A stretch of 64,000 nucleotides of DNA, from contig CBDFLJ010000002.1 in assembly GCA_965248835.1 (NCBI GenBank), positions 1,472,001 to 1,536,000 of the forward strand. The letters are read 5' to 3'. The notes under the pieces were generated by a model. It saw only the letters and a program-made list of their open reading frames with translations, made no database searches and had not been told where the DNA came from. Position numbers and translations under genes: made by a program. The DNA is from Alphaproteobacteria bacterium. GTDB taxonomy: Bacteria; Pseudomonadota; Alphaproteobacteria; MPNO01. This document shows positions 21,492 to 30,240 of the stretch, in pieces; position 1 is the first letter of the stretch, and each line of letters opens with the position of its first letter.

Positions 21492-21769
21492 GGGCGGCCT
21501 GACGCTGCATGTCGATCTGTCGCTGTTCCGCGGACCTGGAGCCGTTCGACGAGGCGATGCTCGACTGGGATACCTACAACAACAACGAGCCGTTCTGGAG
21601 CGTCATCCGCGAGGCCGACCCGGTAGCGCTGATGACCGATGCCGGCTTCACACCCGGCAGCGTAATCGAACGCCTGGTCTCGCGGGTCTCCAACCAGTCG
21701 CCGGTGTTCGAGGAGGGCCGGAATTCCGGCGGCCGGTCGAACTGGTTCATCTTCGGCGCGCGGAAGTAG
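21492..21769 (+). pseudogene. C-terminal fragment of a probable class I SAM methyltransferase
   Basis: GGLTLHVD / frameshift / DLEPFDEAMLDWDTYNNNEPFW...WFIFGARK*; no N-terminus present. Confidence 0.6.
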
Positions 21770-21775
21770 GCAGCC

Positions 21776-22066
21776 GTGGTCCATCGTATCGCCAAGGGCA
21801 AGCGCCCGGTCTTCGCCAGCGATCCGCAGATCGACAAGCTGGTCTCGATGATCGCCGCACTCGCGGGCGAACTGTCGGTGGTCCGGGAGCGGCTGGACAC
21901 GATCGAGCGGCTGGCCGAGGCCAAAGGCGTGCTCACCACCGCCGATATAGAAGGCTTCGAGGCCGACGAGCGGATCGATGCGGAACGCGAGCAATGGCGT
22001 GCTGCGTTCCTGGACCGCGTGCTGTGGACTTTGCGCGCGGAGCGCGACCGGTTCGGCGAGGGCTGA
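21776..22066 (+). CDS. Small hypothetical protein
   Basis: AKGKRP.F..DPQIDKL.SMI.ALAGELSV.RERLDT.ERL; coding-like codon usage, follows the methyltransferase fragment. Confidence 0.7.
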   Translation: MVHRIAKGKRPVFASDPQIDKLVSMIAALAGELSVVRERLDTIERLAEAKGVLTTADIEGFEADERIDAEREQWRAAFLDRVLWTLRAERDRFGEG

Positions 22067-22070
22067 GCGC

Positions 22071-22544
22071 TCAGTCGATCTCGAAGACCGCCGCGAGCTC
22101 GACGGCGATGTTGACCGGCAGGGCGTGCGAGCCCACCGCGAAGCGGGCGTGCCGGCCGGCCTCGCCGAAGACCTCGACAATCAGATCCGAGCCGCCGTCG
22201 ACCACCGAGGGGGTCTCGGTGAAGCCGTCCACGCAGTTGACGAAGCCTGAGACCTGAACGCACTGGCGCACCCGGTCGAGGTCACCGCCGCAGGCTTGCT
22301 TGAGCTGGGCCAGCACGTTGAGCGCGGTGATCCGGGCTGCTTCCCTTCCCTGCACGATGGTGAAGTCGGCGCCGATTTTGCCGCAGCACTTCGCCAACAC
22401 CTCGCCGTTCCACAACGGCCCTTGGCCCGAGATGTAGACCGTGTTGCCGCTCGCCTTCCACGGCAGGTAGCTGGCAAACGCGGGTGAGGGATCGGGCAGG
22501 TCGAGCCCGAGTTCTTTCAGCCGTTTGTCGATCCTTCCGGCCAT
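22071..22544 (-). CDS. Rid-family protein (Rid1-like, Arg retained)
   Basis: VYISGQGP, GFVNC and GRHARFAVG...LP..VE motifs. Confidence 0.88.
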   Translation of the reverse strand: MAGRIDKRLKELGLDLPDPSPAFASYLPWKASGNTVYISGQGPLWNGEVLAKCCGKIGADFTIVQGREAARITALNVLAQLKQACGGDLDRVRQCVQVSGFVNCVDGFTETPSVVDGGSDLIVEVFGEAGRHARFAVGSHALPVNIAVELAAVFEID

Positions 22545-22567
22545 CGCACGTCCTTCCCTGCTTCCTT

Positions 22568-23857
22568 CTAGGACCCTGCAGCGTGTGCTCGGTGGGTCCA
22601 GAAGTGCTCGGCGCGGCGCGTCAGCCGCTCCTCCAGATAGCGCTTTGCGCGCGCGGTGTCGCCGGCACGGAAACAGGCCTCCAGGAGGGTGTCGTGGAAG
22701 GCATCGCGTTGCGTCTTGCTGCCGCCCAGCCGGATGATCTGGTCCCAGATCGGCTCGGTCCTGTCTACCGCAAGCGCGTAGTCGCCGCGGATGAAGGCGT
22801 GCTGGGCCTCGTTCAGCGGGATCACCACCGCGCCCCATATGTCGCTGGCGGCGCGTTCGTGGCGACGGCGCAGGATATCGAGGTGGCGGGCGGCGGTCTC
22901 CCAGTCCCGACCGCCGGCGAGCGCCATGCCGACATGGGCGTGGTGGAAAGGCGAGTCTTCCGGCCGGTCGAGCTGGTCGCGCAAAATCCGGACGAATGGC
23001 TGCCAGCGTTCCCCGACCTCCATGCCGAAGAGCTCGAAGCGCCACAACACCGAGACAGTGTTGCGCAGATCGAGCCCCCGCGGCGAGGGCTCGCGCTCGA
23101 AGAAATCGTGACACATCTGCGAGCCGCGGTCGTACGCGCCCGACGCCAGCCGGAACAGCACCAGGTGCCACAGCATGTGGTTCCAGTAGTAGTTCATGTT
23201 CACGCAGGCATCCATGGCCGGAGGGATGCGTTCCATCGCCTCGTCGTAGGCCCGGAGGTCGTAAAGCGCGTGAGTCAGGGCGTGAACGCCCCAGGTATCC
23301 TCCGGGTTCCGGGCAATGCACGCTTCGGCCCAGCGTACCGCCTCCCCGCTGTTGCCGGTCTCCTCCAGGACGAAGGCATGAAAGCCGTTGACGAACCCGT
23401 CATCGGGAAGCGTCTCGCGCAAGGCGTCGGTGAGCGCGCCCATCTCCGCGAACCGTCCCTGGAAGAACCACATCAGATAGAGCCGCTGGGCGATCATCAG
23501 GTCGCGCGGAAAGACGGTGAGGTGGTTCTTCATCGCAGCCTCGGCATCGGCCGGGCGCAGGTTGACGTAGTGATCGAGCGCGGCCACCTGGCTCTGCTCG
23601 CGCTCCGAGCCGCTCGCGGCCGCATCCCGCGCCGCCGCCATGGCGGCCCGCGCCTCCTCGAACGCTTCTTCAACGAAAAGCGCGGTAGCCAGGCCGGCAT
23701 GGGCGACCGCGAGGCCCGGATCCTGGGCGGCGCAGCCGCGGAAGAAGTCGACCGTGCGGCGGTCCCAGGACAGGAGACCGGTCACGCCCTGGTCGAATGC
23801 CTGCACGGCCTCGGTGGAGGCGGTGGACAACGGCAGCCCGTAAGAGTCGCTGTGCAT
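22568..23857 (-). CDS. TTC38-like tetratricopeptide-repeat protein
   Basis: FPRD, AFVLEETG, WGVHALTH, HMLWHLVL and LGGSKTQRD motifs. Confidence 0.75.
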   Translation of the reverse strand: MHSDSYGLPLSTASTEAVQAFDQGVTGLLSWDRRTVDFFRGCAAQDPGLAVAHAGLATALFVEEAFEEARAAMAAARDAAASGSEREQSQVAALDHYVNLRPADAEAAMKNHLTVFPRDLMIAQRLYLMWFFQGRFAEMGALTDALRETLPDDGFVNGFHAFVLEETGNSGEAVRWAEACIARNPEDTWGVHALTHALYDLRAYDEAMERIPPAMDACVNMNYYWNHMLWHLVLFRLASGAYDRGSQMCHDFFEREPSPRGLDLRNTVSVLWRFELFGMEVGERWQPFVRILRDQLDRPEDSPFHHAHVGMALAGGRDWETAARHLDILRRRHERAASDIWGAVVIPLNEAQHAFIRGDYALAVDRTEPIWDQIIRLGGSKTQRDAFHDTLLEACFRAGDTARAKRYLEERLTRRAEHFWTHRAHAAGS

Positions 23858-23992
23858 CAATTCCCACCTGCTCCCGGGTTCAAAGTCGCGCCAGTTTAGC
23901 GGTGCGTGGAAAACCAAATCAAGGAAGCGGACTGGCCGCCGGGACGCCCGTTTGACCGAGGCGAGGTGTCACGATCGATAACCTGATCGGCG

Positions 23993-25114
23993 CTAATCCG
24001 CACCCCAGACCTCCTCGGCGACCTCGACGACGTGGCGGAGCTTGGCCATCTCGGCTTCTTCGGTGACGGGATTACCCTGGTAGATGCTGCCGAACCCGCA
24101 TTGCGGGCTGAGAGCAAGCTGTTCCATCGGCACGAACCCGGCCGCCTCGTCGATCCGGCGCTTGAGGTCGTCCTTGGGCTCGAGGTGGGGTTTCTTCGTG
24201 GTGATCAGTCCGAGGACGACCAGCTTGTCGTCGCCCTCGAGGTGGCGAAGGGGCGTGAAGTCACCCGAGCGCGGCTCGTCGTATTCCATGAACAGGCAGT
24301 CGACCTCGAGCTCGTTCAACAGCGCCTTCGCGACCGGCTCGTAGCCGCCCTCGGCCACCCAGGCCCCGCGCACGTTCCCGCGGCACATGTGCACGCCGAC
24401 CTTCTGCCCTTCGGGCCGGTTGCGGATGCACGCATTGATGATCCTTGCGTAGAAGCTCGGCAGCGTCTGCGGATCCTCGCCGATGCGGCGGTAGCGGTCG
24501 TGGAACTTGGGATCGCACATATGCGCCCAGTTGGTGTCGTCGATCTGGACGAAATTGCAGCCGGCCTCCCACAGCGCATGCAGCTCCGCGTTGTAGACCT
24601 CCGCCAGCCCTTCGATCAGCGCGTCCTTGTCGGGGTAGAGATCCTTGTTGATCCCGGCCCAGCCGCCGCGGGCATACATGTAGGTCGGCGAGGGAATGCA
24701 GGCCTTCACCGTGCGATCGGTGAGCGCCTTGGTGAACCTGAAGTCGTCCACCACCAGCCCGCCATCGGGATGGCCGAGCTTGCTGGTCACCTCGAGCACC
24801 GGCGGGGCGTACTCGATGTCCCCGTCCTCGTAGTGGAAGTGGAACTCGACCCGCCCGGTCAGCGCGACGCCCTCGATCCTGGTCAGGATCGGCGTGTGGA
24901 ACTCATAGCGCCGGAACTCGCCGTCGGTAATGGTCGGGATGCCGGTCTGCTCCTGCAGCTTGACGACCTCGCGGATGCAGCGGTCCTCGATCTCACGCCG
25001 CGCCGCATCGGAGATCTCTCCCCGATCGTGCCTTTCCAGGGCCGTCTTCAACGCATCCGGCCGCAGAAGGCTGCCGATCTGATCGGCCCGAAACGGCGGC
25101 CTGTCCACACCCAT
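23993..25114 (-). CDS. Single-barrel cobalamin-independent methionine synthase II family protein (YxjH/XecA-like)
   Basis: RADQIGSLLRP, ITDGEFRR, and Zn ligands in HMCRGN, MEYD and SPQCGF. Confidence 0.85.
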   Translation of the reverse strand: MGVDRPPFRADQIGSLLRPDALKTALERHDRGEISDAARREIEDRCIREVVKLQEQTGIPTITDGEFRRYEFHTPILTRIEGVALTGRVEFHFHYEDGDIEYAPPVLEVTSKLGHPDGGLVVDDFRFTKALTDRTVKACIPSPTYMYARGGWAGINKDLYPDKDALIEGLAEVYNAELHALWEAGCNFVQIDDTNWAHMCDPKFHDRYRRIGEDPQTLPSFYARIINACIRNRPEGQKVGVHMCRGNVRGAWVAEGGYEPVAKALLNELEVDCLFMEYDEPRSGDFTPLRHLEGDDKLVVLGLITTKKPHLEPKDDLKRRIDEAAGFVPMEQLALSPQCGFGSIYQGNPVTEEAEMAKLRHVVEVAEEVWGAD

Positions 25115-25191
25115 GGTTGTTCCTTCCGCAAATCGCTGTTGCGATCGAGCGTCTCACCTGGCGGCGCCATCGGCAAGACGCGCCGATATTT

Positions 25192-25584
25192 TCAGGAAAC
25201 CGGTTTGGCCGCCTTGATCTCGACCTCGACGACCATCTCGGGCTGAGCCAGCGCCGAGACGAAGAGCAGCGTCGAGGTCGGCTTGTGATCGCCGAGGAAC
25301 CGGTTGCGAATCGCCATGTGGGCATCCCGGTCCTCGACCCGGGTGAGGTACTGCGTGACCATCACGATGTCTTCGACGCCCATGTCGTTGGCCTCGAGGA
25401 TCCTGGCGACGTTGGACCAGGCGGCCTCGGTCTGCGGCTCGATGCCGGCGGGGATGGTGCCGTCGGGCAATGTGCCGACCTGGCCGGAGACGACCAGCCA
25501 GCGGCAGTCCGGCGGGACCTCGATCGAATGGACGTAGTGGCGGAAAGGCGGGCAGACGCCCTCGGGGTTCATTGCCTTGAACAT
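25192..25584 (-). CDS. Rid-family protein lacking the catalytic Arg
   Basis: VVSGQVG, KPTSTLLFVSAL and VEVE motifs. Confidence 0.85.
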   Translation of the reverse strand: MFKAMNPEGVCPPFRHYVHSIEVPPDCRWLVVSGQVGTLPDGTIPAGIEPQTEAAWSNVARILEANDMGVEDIVMVTQYLTRVEDRDAHMAIRNRFLGDHKPTSTLLFVSALAQPEMVVEVEIKAAKPVS

Positions 25585-25603
25585 GGCGGGTCCTCCTTGC
25601 GGA

Positions 25604-26395
25604 TCATCGGTTGAGGAAGCCTGTGAGCGCCTCATCGAATGCGCCCGGGTTGGCGATCGTGCAGATATGCCCGGCATCGGGCAGCGCGACGTGGCGGGCG
25701 CCCGGCACAGCCTCGGCCAGGCCCTGCATCAACACCGGCGGCGCGCCGACGTGATCGAGCGCGCCGGAGACGAACAGGACCGGCATGGCGATCGTGCCGA
25801 GCCGCGCGCGGTAGTCCATCTCCAGAAGTGCCGCGATGCATCCGAGATAGCCGTCGAGCGAGGTCTTGCGGATCATCGCCCGCATCCGATCGAGCACATC
25901 CGGATTGGCCGCCTTGAATGGCTCGGGGAACCAGCGCTGGACGGTGGTGTCGACGATCGCCTCGATCCCGCCGGCCCGCACCGCTTCGATCAGCGGCGGC
26001 CAGATCGCGCGATATTCAGGCGCCGGCTCTGCCCGGCAGGCGACCGGGACCAGCGCATCAAGCCTTCCCGGATGGGCGAGCGCGAGCCCGAGCGAGACCA
26101 CCCCGCCGAGCCCGATGCCGACCAGGCTGGAGCGTTCGATGCCGAGCCCGTCCCACAGCCCCAAGATGTCACCGATCAGCATGTCCAAGGTATAGGGTGC
26201 GGGCGGCGCCTGGCTGTCGCCGTGACCGCGCGTGTCGAACCGCAGCATCCGGTGGGTTTTGGTCAGCGCCGCGACATGGGCGTCCCACATCGACAGGTCG
26301 TTGGTGATCCCGGTCGTGAATGTCGCCCACGGCGCGCCTTCCGGGCCGTCGATGCGGTAGTTGAGGGCGATCTTACCGACGGCAAGCTTCGGCAT
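25604..26395 (-). CDS. PcaD/CatD-like alpha/beta hydrolase with Gly at the nucleophile position
   Basis: LRFDTRGHGDS, PYTLD, VGIGLGG (instead of GxSxGG), QRWF and DAGH motifs. Confidence 0.82.
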   Translation of the reverse strand: MPKLAVGKIALNYRIDGPEGAPWATFTTGITNDLSMWDAHVAALTKTHRMLRFDTRGHGDSQAPPAPYTLDMLIGDILGLWDGLGIERSSLVGIGLGGVVSLGLALAHPGRLDALVPVACRAEPAPEYRAIWPPLIEAVRAGGIEAIVDTTVQRWFPEPFKAANPDVLDRMRAMIRKTSLDGYLGCIAALLEMDYRARLGTIAMPVLFVSGALDHVGAPPVLMQGLAEAVPGARHVALPDAGHICTIANPGAFDEALTGFLNR

Positions 26396-26397
26396 GA

Positions 26398-27600
26398 TCA
26401 GCGCGCCGGGATCTCGATCAGCCCGCGGGGCGAATCGTGCATCGACGTCGCGCCGTCCGCGGTGATCAGCATGCATTCGCCGGTCTGCACGCCCGCCTTC
26501 CCGTCCCTGGTGACGACGTTCGGCTGGACGACCAGCATCATGCCCTGCTCGAAGGTGAAGTCGGGCACCGGCTCGTTGGGACGGCTGGCCGAGCCGATGA
26601 TCGGCGGGAAATAGCCGCCGCCATAGCCGTGCACCATATCGTCGCAGGTTGTGAAGCCGGCCTGCTCGATCACCGCCGAGGCGTCCTGCAACTCCTGGGC
26701 ATGGCAGCCCGGCCGCAGCACCGCGCAGATGGCATCGAACGCGCCTTGGGCCGCATCGTGCAGATTGCGGTAGAGGTCGGTCGGCCCCTGCCCGATGGTG
26801 AAGGTCCGCAGCACCTGGGCGCCATAGCCCCAGAAATCGGCGCTGAGCTCGGTGAACACCACATCGCCGTTGCCGATCGCCCGGCGGCTCGGGTACTGCG
26901 CCGGCACCTCCAGGTCCGGCGCGGCCATCGCCGCGGTGCCGAAGAAATGGATCACCGTGCGGCAGCCCCACGGCACGTAGGCGCGCTCGACGATGTCGCC
27001 GAGTTCGCGCTCGGTCAGCCCCGGGCGCATCTCCTCGATCAGGGCATCGATCGACAGATCGCTCATCGCCGCGCCGATGCGGAACCAGTCGAGCTCCTCG
27101 TCGGACTTGACCAGACGCAAGCCGACGAACCGGCGGTTCACGTCGATGACGTCCGCGCACACGCCGGTAAGCGCGTCTCGGTTGGCAAAGCCCAGCGGGC
27201 CGATCACGCCGACCCGGCTGTTGGCCGCGCCGCGGCGCTTGAGCTCTTCGGCGACCGAGACGATGGTCCGCGCGCCGCCCCAATGGACCTCGGCGCCGTG
27301 GGCGATGCGCCGGGCCTGCGGGACATGGTTGAAATATTGGATGAAAAGCGCGGTCCGTTCGCCCGGGGTATAGACGCCGACGGCCTCGACCGAGACCGGC
27401 CAGCCGGTCAGCCACGGCACCGAGGCACCGAACCAGCCGGCACCGCACAGCAGCATATGGTCGATTTCGGCCTCGTCCATCAGCCCGGCGATCGCCGCGT
27501 GCCGGCGCGCCATCTCGGCCTCGGAGAAGCGCGGAAAATCCTGGTCGAGGATCGCGCGCTGCCGGTCGTTGATCCTGGGCGGCTTGGGCTTCTGCCGCAT
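26398..27600 (-). CDS. M24/creatinase-fold protein with degenerate metal ligands
   Basis: LRLVKSDEEL, RPGLTEREL, GYGAQVLRT, VHGYG and VVQPN motifs. Confidence 0.8.
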   Translation of the reverse strand: MRQKPKPPRINDRQRAILDQDFPRFSEAEMARRHAAIAGLMDEAEIDHMLLCGAGWFGASVPWLTGWPVSVEAVGVYTPGERTALFIQYFNHVPQARRIAHGAEVHWGGARTIVSVAEELKRRGAANSRVGVIGPLGFANRDALTGVCADVIDVNRRFVGLRLVKSDEELDWFRIGAAMSDLSIDALIEEMRPGLTERELGDIVERAYVPWGCRTVIHFFGTAAMAAPDLEVPAQYPSRRAIGNGDVVFTELSADFWGYGAQVLRTFTIGQGPTDLYRNLHDAAQGAFDAICAVLRPGCHAQELQDASAVIEQAGFTTCDDMVHGYGGGYFPPIIGSASRPNEPVPDFTFEQGMMLVVQPNVVTRDGKAGVQTGECMLITADGATSMHDSPRGLIEIPAR

Positions 27601-27655
27601 CCCGCTCTGCTCCCCGTCCCTCTTTGCCGCGATCATAGCGCGGCAGGCGGCGGGC

Positions 27656-28426
27656 TCACAGGACGATCACTGCGAGCCCGATCAGGAACAACAACCCGGT
27701 CGCGACCCGCCGGTAGATCGCTTGCGGAGCGACCGCGAAGCTGCGCGCGCCGAGCCAGGTGCCGAGGAGCGAGACCGGGAACAGAAGCGCTGTGCGCCAG
27801 ACGACATCGAGATCGATGCCGGCGCCGATCGCCAGCGAGGCCAGCATGAGCAGCGAGACATAGCCGGTGACGATCAGGATGGAGGCCCGCTGGACGTCGG
27901 CCGACGCCGGTGCGGACAGAAAATATATCACCAGCGGCGGGCCGCCGACTCCGGCGACCCCGGAGATGCCGCCGCACAGCGCCCCGGTGATCCCGCCGGC
28001 GAGCGCGCCGCGCCGGCCGCGATAGGCCCAGCCGGTCGCGAGCAGCACAGCGCCGAGCAGCACGAACACCCCGATCAATCGGCGGATCACCTCGGGATCG
28101 GTGACCACCAGTGCCGCGACCCCGATCGGAGTCGCGATCGTGGCGGCGATCAGCGTTGGGGCCAGCTCGGTCCAGTCGGCAATCCTCGCCGCCCGCGGCG
28201 CGAGTTGGACATAGCCGAGCACCCCGATGAGCGCGGTCATCGCATAGGCTTCGATCGGTCCGTAGATCAGCGTCAGCAGCGGAATCGCGACCAGCCCGCC
28301 GCCGAACCCGCCATAGCCGCGCACCAGCCCTGCGCCGGCAACGACGAGGACCGCCATCCCAAGCTCGTACAACCCTTCGCCCGTCCCTGCCGAGTGCGAT
28401 AGTTTGGGCCAGATTGAAGGCGCCAT
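27656..28426 (-). CDS. TauE/SafE-family exporter
   Basis: GLVRGYGGFGGGL and GVAGVGGPPLVIY motifs; multi-TM; start uncertain. Confidence 0.82.
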   Translation of the reverse strand: MAPSIWPKLSHSAGTGEGLYELGMAVLVVAGAGLVRGYGGFGGGLVAIPLLTLIYGPIEAYAMTALIGVLGYVQLAPRAARIADWTELAPTLIAATIATPIGVAALVVTDPEVIRRLIGVFVLLGAVLLATGWAYRGRRGALAGGITGALCGGISGVAGVGGPPLVIYFLSAPASADVQRASILIVTGYVSLLMLASLAIGAGIDLDVVWRTALLFPVSLLGTWLGARSFAVAPQAIYRRVATGLLFLIGLAVIVL

Positions 28427-28455
28427 GCCGGCAACGCAAACAGGGGAATCCGGTC

Positions 28456-29223
28456 ATGAACCGAACGGGGAAGCCAGACGCGCTCGACGGAAAGGTCGCC
28501 GTCGTCACCGGAAGCGTCCGCGGGATCGGGCGCGCGACCGCGATCGGGTTTGCCGAGGACGGCGCATCGGTGGTGATCAACGGCCGACGCTCGGCCGATG
28601 CCGCGCGCGAAATCGCAGGCGAGGTCGAGGACGCCGGCGGGACGGCGCTGGTCCATATGGCCGACGTCAGCGACCCGGACCAGGCCGCAGGGCTGATCGC
28701 CGCAGCGGTGGATGCGTTCGGCCGGCTCGACATCCTGGTCAACAACGTCTCGCACCGGATCGCCAAACCGGTGGAGGAGACCACGTTCGCCGAATGGCGC
28801 GACGTGCAGGCGAGCACGCTCGATGCCGCGTTCGCCTGCATCAACGCGGCGGTGCCCCACATAAGGGCGGCCGGCGGCGGCTCGATCGTCAATATCGGCG
28901 GGGTTTCCGGCCATGCCGGGGTGAAGAACCGCTCCGCGGTCGCTGCCGCCAAGGCCGGGCTTGCCGGCATGACCGCAGCGCTTGCCGTCGAGCTCGCGCC
29001 GGCGGGCATCAACGTCAACTGCGTCTCGCCCGGCAGTATCGACAACTACCGGGAGCCGGGCCACGTGCCGGCCCATTTCCGCGACCGTCCGCCGCCGATG
29101 GGCCGCATGGGGACGGTCGGGGAGATCGCCGCCATGGTTCGTTTCCTGTGCAGCCCGGCCGGCCGCTACGTCGCCGGCCAGACCATCCACGTCTGCGGCG
29201 CCTGGAACGTTTCGATCGCCTGA
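28456..29223 (+). CDS. Short-chain dehydrogenase/reductase, atypical (VxxxK)
   Basis: VTGSVRGIG, GRLDILVNN and VNCVSPG motifs; YxxxK replaced by VAAAK. Confidence 0.85.
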   Translation: MNRTGKPDALDGKVAVVTGSVRGIGRATAIGFAEDGASVVINGRRSADAAREIAGEVEDAGGTALVHMADVSDPDQAAGLIAAAVDAFGRLDILVNNVSHRIAKPVEETTFAEWRDVQASTLDAAFACINAAVPHIRAAGGGSIVNIGGVSGHAGVKNRSAVAAAKAGLAGMTAALAVELAPAGINVNCVSPGSIDNYREPGHVPAHFRDRPPPMGRMGTVGEIAAMVRFLCSPAGRYVAGQTIHVCGAWNVSIA

Positions 29224-29373
29224 GACCGCGGCCGCGTCGCCTTGCCGGATCACCCGCGCGCTGCTAGCGTTTCCGCAGGCCGCAGCCGCAAGCAGGCCGA
29301 AAGGGAGGCCCGAATGCCCGAAGCAGCCGGCGTGTCCGGCAACCACGCGATTCGTTCACCCTAGCGCTGCGTC

Positions 29374-30240
29374 ATGGACCTCGCGGCCGTCGTCATCGTC
29401 CAGATCCTCTATGCGGTGGCCAGCCTGGCGCTGGTCTCGATCGGACTTGCGATCATCTTCGGCATGATGGGGGTGATCAATTTCGCCCACGGCGAGTTCC
29501 TGATGATGGGCGGCTATGCCTTCATCCTGGCGCTGGCCGAAGGCGTGAACTTCTGGATCGCGATGCTGGTCGTCGCTCCGGTGACCGTCGGCATCTTGGG
29601 AGTCGTGGTCGAGCGGCTGATCATCCGCCACCTTTACGGCCGCGTGATCGAGACGGTGCTTGCAACCTGGGGGCTGAGCCTGTTCCTGATCGGCTTCGCC
29701 GCGACCGTGCTCGGCTACAACCAGAAGGGGGCCGCTCCGCCGCTCGGCAACGTCACCATCGGGGCCTATCGAGAAGGCGGATACACGTTCTTCGTCATCG
29801 GCATCACCGTGGTGATCCTGGTGGTGCTTTATTGCGGGCTCAAATACACCCGCTTCGGGCTGATCGCGCGCGGGACGATGCAGAACGCGGCGATGGCGCG
29901 CGCGCTCGGTGTTTCGATCGACCGGGTCTACGCGGTGACCTTCGGGATCGGCGCCGCGCTCAGCGGTCTTGCCGGCGCGATCCTCGCCCCGATCGCCGGC
30001 GTGCTGCCCGATATCGGTGTGACCTACGTGGTCAAGGCCTTCATCACCGTGATCGGCGGCGGGGCGGTGGCGCTGACCGGCACCAGTGCGGCGGCGTCTT
30101 TATTCGGCACCGTCAGCCAGGCTGTCACCTTCCTCAGCCGGCCGGTTGTCGGCGAGGTCGCTCTGCTGATCGTCGCCATCGTCCTCTTGCGACTCCTGCC
30201 CAACGGCATCACCGGGCGCTATTTCCGGAGAAGCCTGTGA
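29374..30240 (+). CDS. Urea/amide or branched-chain ABC permease (UrtB/LivH-like)
   Basis: IIFGMMGVINFAHGEF and TVLATWGLSL motifs. Confidence 0.88.
   Translation: MDLAAVVIVQILYAVASLALVSIGLAIIFGMMGVINFAHGEFLMMGGYAFILALAEGVNFWIAMLVVAPVTVGILGVVVERLIIRHLYGRVIETVLATWGLSLFLIGFAATVLGYNQKGAAPPLGNVTIGAYREGGYTFFVIGITVVILVVLYCGLKYTRFGLIARGTMQNAAMARALGVSIDRVYAVTFGIGAALSGLAGAILAPIAGVLPDIGVTYVVKAFITVIGGGAVALTGTSAAASLFGTVSQAVTFLSRPVVGEVALLIVAIVLLRLLPNGITGRYFRRSL

Noticed and set aside
5270-26395. A dispersed rut pyrimidine pathway (LLM, isochorismatase, Rid, alpha/beta hydrolase)
   Set aside because: The genes lie in separate operons and show only family-level resemblance, so rut symbols were not assigned.
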